DNA from: Octopus sinensis
Taxonomy: Eukaryota
DNA length: 16,041 bases
NCBI RefSeq assembly: GCF_006345805.1
Contig: NW_021825266.1
Coordinates: 1-16,041 of the forward strand
Direction of reading: 5' to 3'
Part shown: positions 1 through 9,873 of the stretch, in pieces
How positions within the stretch are numbered: the stretch's first letter is position 1
How the letters are laid out: each line of letters begins with the position of its first letter
Program-made: the position numbers and the translations under genes
Notes under the pieces: model-generated
Told to the model about the DNA's origin: nothing
Database searches by the model: none
Seen by the model: the letters and a program-made list of their open reading frames with translations, nothing else

Positions 1-76
1 TAGTATCATAGTAGTAGCATAGTAGCAGCAGCAACATCGGTAGTAAGTAGTAATAGTAGTGGTAGTAGTAGTATAT

Positions 77-120
<44 letters not shown>

Positions 121-350
121 ATAGTAGTAGTAGCATTAATAACAGCAGCAACATCAGTAGTAGTGTGTAGTAGTATAGTAGTAGTAGTAGTAGTAGTAGT
201 ATAGTAGTAGTAGTAATGCTGGAAATCGGCTGTAGTTGAAGTGATGGTTGTGGTGGTGTTGGTTGTGGTGGCGATGGTGGCAGTGGTGGTGCTGGCAGTT
301 GTGGTGGTTGTGGTAGTGTTTTGGTGGGAATGGCGATGGAGTTGGTGATG
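1..350. repeat. Degenerate (TAG)n microsatellite (1-215) followed by a (GGT)-rich tract (245-350)
   Basis: Direct reading of tandem tag/gta and gtg/ggt triplets. Confidence 0.9.
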
Positions 351-495
351 ATAGAATATTTTAGAATATTTTAGAATATTTATATAGTGTTTTTGTTTTT
401 GTGGAAATTATTGTTACTGCTACTATTTCTTGACGTATGATATCATTATTTTATTTTATTTATTGATGTTCTTGTTTTTTTTTCTATGAGTATGC

Positions 496-925
496 ATTCC
501 TGCTCAATGCCACCGATTTGTTTGTCAGTTGCTTGACCTTAACCAGTTGAGCATGTCCTTTAGTCGCTAACGATATGTGCATTTCTGATCACGAGCAGAA
601 GCAGTTAGGAGAGCGTCATAGCTATGTGGTGAGAGAAATTCTCTGGGCGTTAGAATAATTCACCTTTGGAAATATGCTGCTTCGTTCATAATCCTTAAAC
701 AACCGTTATTCGGGGACCTTTGATGCGGGAATAACATTCTAACTGGGCTTCACTTGCAAAATCATGCGTTATTTATCTTGATATAAGGTCATAATGTCGC
801 ACACATATGGTTGTGATGCATGTGCCTGATGTACCCTTATCAAACGGATAGTCATGATGGGTATATGGAGTTTCACATACTTGCACCCCGGCCTCATTTT
901 GAGGGCGTACGCTGCCCCCTTACTC
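496..925. mobile_element. Element D copy 1 (unclassified interspersed repeat; lacks the left ~100 bp; ends in (AAT)n)
   Basis: Collinear with 5701-6146, e.g. ttgaccttaaccagttgagcatgtcc, catatggttgtgatgcatgtgcctg, ggatagtcatgatgggtata. Followed by (AAT)n at 926-986. Confidence 0.85.
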
Positions 926-986
926 AATAATATTAATATAATAATAATAATAATAATAATAATAAAATAATAATAATAATAATAAT
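926..986. repeat. (AAT)n microsatellite shared by element D1 and the tail of SINE A1
   Basis: Direct reading. Confidence 0.95.
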
Positions 987-1192
987 CCATTTTTAATTTT
1001 TGGCATAAGGCTGACAATTTTGAGGGGTGGAGAAATCGATATCATTAAGCTCAGTTCTCAACTGGCACTTATTTCATCGATCCGGAAAGGATGAAAAGCA
1101 AAGTCGACCTTATTGAAGTTTGGGCTCAGAACACAAAGACAGACAAAATGTCGCTAAGTATTTTGTGCGATATACTAACGATTTTCCAGTTC
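987..1192 (-). mobile_element. tRNA-derived SINE, family A copy 1 (old, diverged, short-tail type)
   Basis: Degenerate match to 1919-2149 and 10218-10438: cgatccggaaaggatgaaaagcaaagtcgacc, gctaagtatttt, ctaacgatttt. Confidence 0.75.
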
Positions 1193-1589
1193 AAATGATA
1201 ACAATAGATTTTTTCTACATTTGCCACGCGGGCCGCTAAAAAAGTAAAAGAAGATATGAAGGACAAAAGACAGTGCAGCTTTACATAAATTTCGTATAAA
1301 TAGTAAAACAATAATAATTAAAAATAAAGCTATAAAGAATAAAAATTCCCCCAAAGTGAGTAACACACCTCAGGGCAAGCAAAGAACCCCATATGTCCTC
1401 GAATAGCCCAGTGAAGACACGTCAATAAATTTGCTCAGGAATAGTTATCTCTTATATTATTCAGGTTCTTTCGATGGATCGAAGTGTTAGTATTGGTGTT
1501 AGTTACATAACTGTTATGTATTCTTACAAATAAATATTAAATCTTTCTCATCTTCATTGCCTTGTGTATGGACAAGTTTCCTTGAAATA

Positions 1590-2315
1590 CTCATCTCAAC
1601 TTCTACGCCCACTTAATCCTAAGCCTCGAGTACGCTTTCTATCGCGTATTATCAGAAGTTATCTTTTCCAGTTGATCCCGCTGAATCCTCAAGAGAGACC
1701 AAACGAACTCATGGATGTTATCTAACCATCCTGCTCGTGGTCTACACCTGGTTGCCCCTACCATTTGGTTTGCTCGTAAAACCTGTCCAGCGATTCCTTC
1801 CCGAGACATTCTTACTACATATCCGTAGTACCGGAGCTGTGATCTTTCAATTCGGAGAAGTAACGACTCTACCTGGAGTGCCTTTCTGATCTCCGAGCTA
1901 CGTTCTCTCTCAAGTACCTATTTCTTTACTAACCACAAGGGGCTAAACACAGAGAGGACAAACAAGGACAGACAAACGGATTAAGTCGATTATATCGATC
2001 CCAGTGCGTAACAGGTATTTATTTAATCGACTCCGAAAGGATGAAAGGCAAAGTCGACCTCGGCGGAATTTGAACTCAGAACGTAACGGCAGACGACATA
2101 CGGCTACGCATTTCGCCCGGCGTGCTAACGTTTCTGCCAGCTTCCTGCCTTCTCTATCAAGTACCATTACTCCAAAGACCTTTCTGAGGAACCCCATTTC
2201 TGCCGCATGCATTTGTGGTCATTACCCAAGATTTGTGACTATAAGTAAGGGTCGGCACGGAAACCGAATTGAAGGTAGCGAGCTTGGTTTTTATACCTAC
2301 TTCCCTTCTTGAAAT
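1590..2315 (-). pseudogene. Decayed 3' end of an RTE-clade non-LTR retrotransposon ORF (Rex3/Expander-like), interrupted by SINE A2
   Basis: Minus-strand translation gives RREVGIKTKLATFNSVSVPTLTYSHKSWVMT, a frameshift, then HAAEMGFLRKVFGVMVL. After the SINE is removed it continues ERERSSEIRKALQVESLLLRIERSQLRYYGYVVRMS...RPRAGWLDNIHEFVWSLLRI. These match typical RTE C-terminal motifs (PTLTYGHELWVMT, QAAEMxFLR, LLLRIERSQLRWFGH, RPRxxW), recalled from established knowledge. In-frame TAG at 1641-1639. Confidence 0.85.
1919..2149 (-). mobile_element. tRNA-derived SINE, family A copy 2 (full length, long-tail type) with 16-bp TSD
   Basis: Minus-strand head TGGCAGAAACGTTAGC (A-box-like) and GAGTTCAAATTCC (B-box-like, 2077-2065). 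Flanks ttctctctcaagtacc (1903-1918) and ttctctatcaagtacc (2150-2165) match at 15/16. Roughly 90% identical by eye to 10218-10438. Confidence 0.92.
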
Positions 2316-2682
2316 TCTTTAACAAAAATATCCAGAAGACAGAAAATATTTTCACGAGAAACAAATACATTTTCTTTACCGAAAATCAGATTCAAGATTC
2401 TGTATGCTTGTGGAGAGTATTCACGACCATAGTTAGATAACTAGTTCATTAAGATCGGCGACCTTTAGACTTATAGAGAAATTTTCAGAATATATATTCG
2501 ATGTGATAGAATATAGACAAGCGAGCCGTGACCAACACTCACACACATACACACATAACAGTGCGCATACACATTTTTTTTCCAATATAAATCTCCTCAC
2601 TATTACTCGTTCGAATTATCATAATGAATACATTTACTGCATTCTCCCTCCTCTGTCTCTTTCTTTCTACTTATATCTCTCT

Positions 2683-2683
<1 letters not shown>

Positions 2684-2747
<64 letters not shown>

Positions 2748-2794
2748 CATCTATCTATCTATCTATCTAGCTAGCTAGCTATCTATCTATCTAT
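2684..2794. repeat. (TATC)n tetranucleotide microsatellite with ctag interruptions
   Basis: Direct reading. Confidence 0.95.
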
Positions 2795-2798
2795 ACCA

Positions 2799-2945
2799 AG
2801 TTTCTGTCTACCAAATCCACTCAAGGCTTTGGTCGGCCCGAGGCTATGGTAGAAGAAACTTGCCCAAGGTGCCACGCAATGGGACCGAACCCGGAACCAT
2901 GTGGTTGGTAAGCAAGCTACTTACCACACAGCCACTCCTACGCCT
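2799..2945 (-). mobile_element. tRNA-derived SINE, family B copy 1 (5' half only)
   Basis: Minus-strand head AGGCGTAGGAGTGGCTGTGTGGTAAG (A-box-like) ... GGTTCGGTCCC (B-box-like). Matches 4538-4660 and 8044-8160. Confidence 0.88.
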
Positions 2946-3139
2946 GTTAGGTAGAGTCAGTCATATTTGTTGTAGGAGTTGTTGTTATGGTGATTTCCAC
3001 TTCATTATATGATTAGTGTTTAACCATCAGCTTTGTTTTAAGTCAACTAAATGTACTGATAATGAGATTTCTATGTGCTAGTTAGCAGTATTTACCTCGT
3101 AATAATCACATAGACTTAAATTATTTCGGAAGGACATAA

Positions 3140-3437
3140 CTGGCACACCATCGGTTACGACGAGTGTTGCAGTTGATCCGATCAACGGAACAGCCTTGCT
3201 CGTGAAATTAACGTGCAAGTGACTGAGTACTCCACAGACTTGTATTCCCTTAACGTAGTTTTCAGGGAGATTCAGCGTGACACAGAATGTGACAAGGTCG
3301 ACCATTTGAATTATAGTTACAACTCATTTTTGCCACCTGAGTGCACTGGAGCAATATAAAAAAAGAGTCGTTCGTGCCGCCGGGAATCGAACTCACGATT
3401 GTGGGCGAATACCCTAATCACTAAACTACGCGCCTTC
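3140..3437 (-). mobile_element. tRNA-derived SINE, family C (single copy here)
   Basis: B-box-like GAGTTCGATTCCC on the minus strand (~3394-3382) with a tRNA-like head at 3437. The body (gatccgatcaacggaacagcc, gaaattaacgtgcaagt) is recognised from memory as an octopus SINE. No second copy in the window confirms it. Confidence 0.7.
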
Positions 3438-3811
3438 GCAGAAGGACAAATGTAAGCTGATATACCCATACGCGTATGCGCATGCGCATATGCAGACAGA
3501 TTCACACATGCATTAACAGGCAACGTGATGCGTCATTTCATATTTTTCGTTGAACAAAATCTTCAAAAATTTATTTCCCAACTCTAATCTTCTTTATGAA
3601 TTTTGTTGCTTGAATCAACACCACACGCTTGGAAATCTGTGACTATTATTCCATTAACGCAAATTAGGAATGTAGTCCAATTAAATTTGTTTTCATTAAA
3701 ATTATCTATATTTTCTTAACCGTAGACGAACCTTGTTCATTCAAGACATTAATACACTAAATTACAATCGCTGCTGTTCCATGTTCAGCTGCATTATTTA
3801 TCCTTATGCTA

Positions 3812-4012
3812 AGATGGTCGGCTGGCGTTATCATTAGTCCGTCGGACAAAATGCTTAGCGGCATTTCTTCTGGCTTTACATTCTGAGTTCAAATTCCGCC
3901 ATGGTCGACATTGAATTTCTCCCTTTCGGGGTCGGTAAAATAAGTACTAGTTGAACACTGGGATCGATATAATCGACAAACTTCATCTCTCAAATTTCAG
4001 GACTTGTGGCGC
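3812..4012 (+). mobile_element. tRNA-derived SINE, family A copy 3 (diverged, short-tail type)
   Basis: aaatgcttagcggcatttc...ctgagttcaaattccgcc...cctttcggggtcggtaaaataagtac matches the reverse complement of A2/A4. Confidence 0.85.
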
Positions 4013-4137
4013 AAGATTTTTCACAAGTTTAAATAAAATATGACATTGTTTTGTTATCTGAATTCCAACGATGGAAATTTGTATCTTCGTTAGAAACCAA
4101 CTCCTTATCAAAGGAAGAAATTAAATAATTGAAAAAA

Positions 4138-4239
4138 TATGTATATATATATGTTTTTTGTGTGTATATGTATATATTTATATGTATATATAAATGCATG
4201 GATGCACGCATACATACACATACACTCAAACACACATAC

Positions 4240-4275
<36 letters not shown>

Positions 4276-4323
4276 CAAACATACATACACACACATACAC
4301 ACACACATACATACATACACACA
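4138..4323. repeat. Compound (TA)/(CA)/(CATA) microsatellite
   Basis: Direct reading. Confidence 0.9.
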
Positions 4324-4467
4324 TACTCTTTTGTTTCAATCGAGCAAATCGACCCCAGGACATATTCTTTTGTAAGCTTAGTACTTATTCTATCAGTGAC
4401 GGAGACGTAAACTCACCAGCATCGGTTGTCAAGCGATGTTGAGGGGACAAACACACACACATGTATA

Positions 4468-4528
<61 letters not shown>

Positions 4529-4660
4529 ATATATATAAAGGCTTTGGTCGACCCGAGGCTATAGTAGAAGACACTTGCTCAATGTGCCACGCAGTGGGAC
4601 TGAACGCGGAACCATGTGGTTGGTAAGCAAGCTACTTACCACACAGCCACTTCTACGCCT
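4324..4660 (-). mobile_element. tRNA-derived SINE, family B copy 2 (both ends present, three internal deletions, central (TA)n)
   Basis: Head at 4538-4660 matches B1. The 3' half at 4324-4455 matches the reverse complement of 8245-8430. (TA)n at ~4463-4537. Confidence 0.88.
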
Positions 4661-5093
4661 TTACATATATACATATGATTAAAGTAGTCATATTATTTGC
4701 AAATATCACCAACACTAGGGTTGAAAAGAAAATATTTCCGTGAAGTATTTTCCTAACTACATTCACATACTGTAGAGTTCGATATATATATGTTATTACA
4801 GGCAGCAAGGAATGTGGGAAACTTAGTTTAACTGAGGTTATCCATATAATTAATAGGCAAAAAAACACAAATTTTGGTACCAGTACCATGTATGATATTA
4901 TTGAATATTTTCCATTTGATTTATGCAACTACGTAAATAACAGCAGCATGAATAACAACAGTACTGATAAAGAAATAGACAGGAACTATAACATGAATGG
5001 CCATATTGTCTAGAAGAAACATCTAGTACTTTTATTCCACACAAATGACAGTAGCATTACGAAATATATAAATTTAGTATTGGTGTCAAATAA

Positions 5094-5211
5094 CACCACC
5101 AAAATCACCACCACCACATCCAACAGCAACAGCAACAGCAACAACAGCAACAATAATAATAATAATAATAATAATGATGATGATGATAATAATAATAATA
5201 ATAATAATAAT
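5094..5211. repeat. Compound trinucleotide array (CAC)/(CAA,CAG)/(AAT)/(GAT)
   Basis: Direct reading. Confidence 0.95.
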
Positions 5212-5425
5212 AGTAGTCTTGAAAAGTGTCAAGACTATTGAAAAGGTTGCAAGACGCAACGAAAATTTTAGGAAAATAAAAATAAGAAATAAGTGGAAAT
5301 TTTACCGTAGAGTATGTTACATTATAAGGCACAAAAAGAAAATGACTCTCCCCAGACACAATAGAATTTGCTTCAATACACGAACTCATATAAAGAATCT
5401 TGCAAACCAAATCCAAAAACGAATT

Positions 5426-5470
5426 ATAATAATAATAATAATGATAATAATAATAATAATAATAATAATA

Positions 5471-5531
<61 letters not shown>

Positions 5532-5600
5532 AAGAAGAAGAAGAAGAAGAAGAAGAAGAAGAAGAAGAAGGATGATGATGATGATGATGATGATAATGAT
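5426..5600. repeat. Compound array (AAT)n-(AAG)23-(GAT)n
   Basis: Direct reading; pure (AAG) from 5502 to 5570. Confidence 0.95.
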
Positions 5601-6146
5601 CCAGCACCAGGCACTGTCTCTCATGGCCTCTGATCTTAAATGATTGGAAGTGTTATTATGTACCTATTTTGTCTTGGTATAAAAGATGGACTACAACATA
5701 TATTCTATTTAATGACATAGATTTGCTTATCAATTGTTTGACCTTAACTAGTTGAGCATGTCCCTTGGTGGCTGACGATATGTGCATCTCTGATGACGAG
5801 CAGAAGTAGTGGGGAGGTATCATAACCATGTGTTTGAGAGAATTCTTTGGAGTTTGAATAATTCACCTCTGAAAACATGAGTGTTTCGTCCAACATTCTT
5901 AAACAACCCTTATTCAGGGATCTTTCGAGAGGGACGAGCTACTCGACTTGAAAAAAAACTCTAACTGGACCCCCACCTGCAAGTCATGTACTGTTTATCT
6001 TGATATGACATCATCATGTCACGCACATATAGTTGTAGTGCATGTGTCTGGTGTACCCTTATCAGACGGATAGTCATGATGGGTATACTTGGCTTCGTAT
6101 ATTTTACTCCAGTGCCCCTTTGATGGCATGCACTGCTCTCTCACTT
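5598..6146. mobile_element. Element D copy 2 (near full length, ~550 bp)
   Basis: Collinear with 496-925 and 6234-6634; flanked on both sides by AAT/GAT triplet arrays. Confidence 0.9.
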
Positions 6147-6233
6147 AATAATGATGATGATGATACCAATAATAATAATAATAATAATAATATATAAATA
6201 ATAATAATAATGATGATGATGATGATGATGATG

Positions 6234-6634
6234 ATGTCCTGATGCAGTACCAGACACTGGCTCTCATGGCTTCTTATCTTAACCGATTGGAAGTGTTATC
6301 ATGTACATTCTTTGTCTTGGTATAAAAGATGGGCTATAGCAAATATTTTGCTCAATACCACAAATATGCTCGTCACTTCGTTCAACATCCTTAAACCTTT
6401 ATTCAGACACCTTTTGAGCAGAATGGGTTACTCGACCTGAAGAAAATTCTAATTGGGCCCCACCTGCAAGGTCATGTGCTGTTTATCATGATATGCGATC
6501 ACTATGTCGCACAGATATGGTTGTGATGCATGTGCCTGGTGTACTCTTATCGGACGAGTAGTCATGATGGGTATGTTGCGTTCCGTATACTTTACCCCAG
6601 TGTCCCTTTGATGGTACGTACGGCTCTCTCACTA
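6234..6634. mobile_element. Element D copy 3 (both ends present, ~150-bp internal deletion at 6375/6376)
   Basis: Same left start as D2 (gatgcagtaccag.cactggctctcatggc). It jumps from cgtca to cttcgttcaac, skipping the equivalent of ~5733-5883. Flanked by (AAT/GAT)n at 6147-6236 and (AAT)n at 6635-6673. Confidence 0.9.
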
Positions 6635-6675
<41 letters not shown>

Positions 6676-6719
6676 CAGCAATGACGAGAGATAATGAAGA
6701 ATAGCAACTACCGTTCATA

Positions 6720-6945
6720 GAGAAGGGGAAAGAGAGGGAAGGTGGAAGAAAGAAGGAGAGTGATGGGAAGAGGAGAGAGGGAGGAGGGAAGAGGGGTAGG
6801 AAAAGAGAAACAGTAGGGAGATAGAGATAGAGAAGAGGGGAAGAAAAGAAAGAGGAGGAGAAAGGGGTAAGGGAAAGAGGGGAGAGATGAGAGAGATAAG
6901 AGAGAGAGAGAGAGGTGGTGGCAGAGAGGGACGGGAGAGCGATAC
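6720..6945. repeat. Polypurine (G/A) low-complexity tract
   Basis: Almost only G and A on the + strand. Confidence 0.9.
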
Positions 6946-6957
6946 AATAAGCCAATA

Positions 6958-7143
6958 AGAATTGCTAGCAACAGCAGTTAAATCTTCATCAAACCGCACT
7001 TTACAGTCTTAAAATGATGAAAGACACAATAGATAATGTGTAGTCCCAGATAACATATTTGAATAAAAGGCAGCACTTATCACAGTCGAAACTCCTTTGA
7101 CTATACCTCTGCAAAATAAAGGTTGCCTAGGGTTAAAGAACAA
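6958..7143 (+). mobile_element. Repeat family E fragment 1 (diverged), followed by a (CAA)-rich tract
   Basis: Shares motifs with 12015-12206 and 12226-12406: gctagcaacagcagttaaatc, tcaaaccgcacttt, gtcttaa, cctagggttaaagaacaac. Confidence 0.5.
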
Positions 7144-7524
7144 CACACCACCATCACCAACAACAACAACAACAAAACAGCTAAATTAACAGCAGTAATA
7201 ATATTGAAAGATATCTAACGAAAACAAGAAATAATTTAAATGACGTAACACTGACAAGAAAACAAAAATCAACAACAACAATTACGACTGGAACAGCTGT
7301 AGAATAAAACAAGAACCACGTCGAAAACAACAACAAAAACAGGAGAAGTGAGAACATCCATAATAAAGAACTACACACATAGCTACCGTCATAACATTCA
7401 ACTTTACACATGGTTCTTTATAAATGACGAAACCGGGTGGAGGGCAGATAATCACTGGAACTATATTAAAAGGTCTGTGCGAATTCGTCGTGTATTTTAG
7501 ATAACCAGAGAAGATGAACAAACT

Positions 7525-7901
7525 CTTATCTGTTCTATCTCTCGTTTATCTATCGGCATCTTATCTATCGTTTATCAGTATGTCTATCGCTTCGCATGTA
7601 TGTATGTATGCATGCATGTATGCATGTATGAATGGATGAAAGCATGTAAGTGTATTTGCTTGTTTTGCAATGTTTGTAAGCATGAATAATTGTTTGCTTG
7701 TATATATATATGTGGCGTATGTGAACGTATATAAATGGATGTCTCTATCTGCGTGTGTGTATTTACTTGTAAGTATATAAGAGGCATTACTTTAACCGCA
7801 TAGTTAATTCTTATCCATACAGTTATCTTTTTATCTTTCCATCTATCTATCTATCTATCTACCTACCTATCTATCTATCTATACTATCTATCTATCTATT
7901 A

Positions 7902-7935
<34 letters not shown>

Positions 7936-8045
7936 CTCTCTCTCTTCTCTCTCTTCTATATATTATATATATAATATATATATATATATATATTATATAT
8001 ATGTATTCTATATATATATAGATATATATATATATATATTATATT
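7525..8045. repeat. Mixed (TCTA)/(TATG)/(TC)/(TA) microsatellite region
   Basis: Direct reading. Confidence 0.85.
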
Positions 8046-8181
8046 ACCGACCACATGGTTCAGGGTTCAGTCCCAGTACGTGGCACCTTGGGCAAGTGTC
8101 TTCTACTATAGCCTCGGGCCGACCAAAGCCTTATGAGTGGATTTGGTAGACGGAAACTGAAAGAAGCCCGTCGTATATATG

Positions 8182-8222
<41 letters not shown>

Positions 8223-8430
8223 ATGTGTTTGTGTGTCTGTGTTTGTCCTACCAACATCGCTTGACAACCGATGCTGGTGTGTTTACGTCTCCGTAACTTA
8301 GCGGTTCGGCAAAAGAGACCCATAGAATAAGTACTAGGCTCACAAAGGATAAGTCCTGGGGTCGATTTGCTCGACTAAAGGTGGTGCTCCAGCATGGCCA
8401 CAGTCAACTGACTGAAACAAGTAAAAGAGT
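8044..8430 (+). mobile_element. tRNA-derived SINE, family B copy 3 (missing the first ~25 nt; central (TA)n(TG)n)
   Basis: ccacatggttcagggttcagtccc...ggcaccttgggcaagtgtc...; central microsatellite ~8173-8235; tail aacaagtaaaagagt. Confidence 0.92.
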
Positions 8431-8446
8431 TACATATCTATATATA

Positions 8447-8639
8447 TCTTTTCTACTCTAGGCACATGGCTTTCATTTTGTGGGGAGGGGAACAGTCGAT
8501 CACATCGACAGCAGTGTTTAACTGGTACTTAATTTATCGACCCCGAAAGGATGAAAGGCAAAGTTGACCTCGGCGGAATTTGAACCCAGGACGTAGCGAC
8601 AGCAGAAGTACTGCTAAGCATTTCGCCCGGCGTGCCAAT
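8447..8639 (-). mobile_element. tRNA-derived SINE, family A copy 5 (short-tail type), tail-to-tail with B3
   Basis: aactggtacttaatttatcgaccccgaaaggatgaaaggcaaagttgacctcggcggaatttgaac...gctaagcatttcgcccggcgtgc matches A2/A4. Confidence 0.9.
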
Positions 8640-8683
8640 ACATATATATATATATATATGCACGTGTGTGTATATATGTAAAT

Positions 8684-8735
<52 letters not shown>

Positions 8736-9260
8736 TTACATATATATATATAAACATCTAAATATATAGCGAGATACGAATATGCTTCGATATCACACTC
8801 AATTTATCCATCTATCTATTTCTCTATGTAGCTCTCTCCGCCACCTCTCTCTCTCTATCTATCTATCTATCTACCTATCTATCTTTCTATCTATCAATCT
8901 ATCTATCTACCTATCTATATATCAATGTATTTGTTCATCTACCTATCTAAGATTTAATCTATTTACTTATCTGTTTATCTGCCGACTTCTTTTTTTCTTT
9001 TGCGGATACCATTTATGATGAATATATAAACACATACACATGTATAGCCATACGCGCATATTCACACATCCAAATACACAGACACACACACACACACACA
9101 CACAGATAAGTGTTTGCGTGTGTGTGTGTGGTGGTGGTGAGGGTAATGTATGTTTGCATTTATGTGTTTGTGAGTTTGTGTGTGTGTGTGTGTGTGTGTT
9201 CGTGTATGTATATGCGTTCGAGTGTATGCACGCCTATTTATGTATATATGTGTGTGAAAC
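8640..9260. repeat. Compound (TA)/(CA)/(TCTA)/(TG) microsatellite region
   Basis: Direct reading. Confidence 0.85.
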
Positions 9261-9489
9261 TGTGTATATACATCAAGAGCAAATTAAACAAATTGTAAAT
9301 TGTTTTGCTCAATTCATGCCACCACAGAGGTTGAATTGTTTGGTAAGTGGTCTGGTTGAGGCCCGCGTGCCGCAGGTTACCCAAGTAAGACGAAGATAAG
9401 CCTGCAAAACATGTCAGCTGATGTGGGTTTGTTTTTGCTGCAAAACTGCCAAGAATGGTAACGTTGTGAATGAAACGGCCGACTGTTCT

Positions 9490-9873
9490 TGTTGTTGGTG
9501 TTGGTGCTGTTGGTGTTGGTGTTGTTGGTGTTGTTGTTGTAGTAGTAGTTGTTGTTGCTGTCGTGTTTTTGTTTTTGTTTTTTTGATTTTACTTCGTTTT
9601 ATTTTCATTTCACTTCATTTGTTTTTCATTTATTTTTATAATTTTATTCTCCCAGTCCTTCTATTATTATTATTATTGTTGTTGTTGTTGTTGTTGTTGA
9701 CGACGACGACGACGATGACGCTGCTGATGATGACAATGATGATGATGATATTGAGATGATGATGACGACGACGACGACGATGATGATGATGATGAGGAGG
9801 AGGAGGAGGAGGAGGAGGAGAAGGAGGAGGAGTGTGTGCGTGCGTGCGTGCGCGCGCGCGCGTGTGTGTGTGT
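9490..9873. repeat. Serial trinucleotide arrays (GTT)/(TTA)/(GAC)/(GAT)/(GAG), ending in an alternating (TG)/(CG) tract
   Basis: Direct reading. Confidence 0.9.

Noticed and set aside
352-381. (tagaatattt)x3 tandem
   Set aside because: Simple local slippage duplication; no further structure.
769-1017. 82-aa minus-strand ORF
   Set aside because: Runs through (TTA)n and element D; the frame is not maintained in D2 or D3.
1943-2312. ORFs 1943..2212 (-) and 2004..2312 (+) as genes
   Set aside because: Chimeras of SINE A2 and the RTE fragment; only the HAAEMGFLRKVFGVMVL part is genuine LINE protein.
5772-5800. Hammerhead ribozyme core-like CTGACGA/CTGATGA in element D2
   Set aside because: No downstream GAAA with a closing stem II, and D1 reads ctaacga/ctgatca at these sites.
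5426-6673. CRISPR-like repeat/spacer appearance
   Set aside because: The repeats are variable triplet microsatellites and the spacers are homologous 400-550-bp elements. There are no cas genes and the context is eukaryotic.
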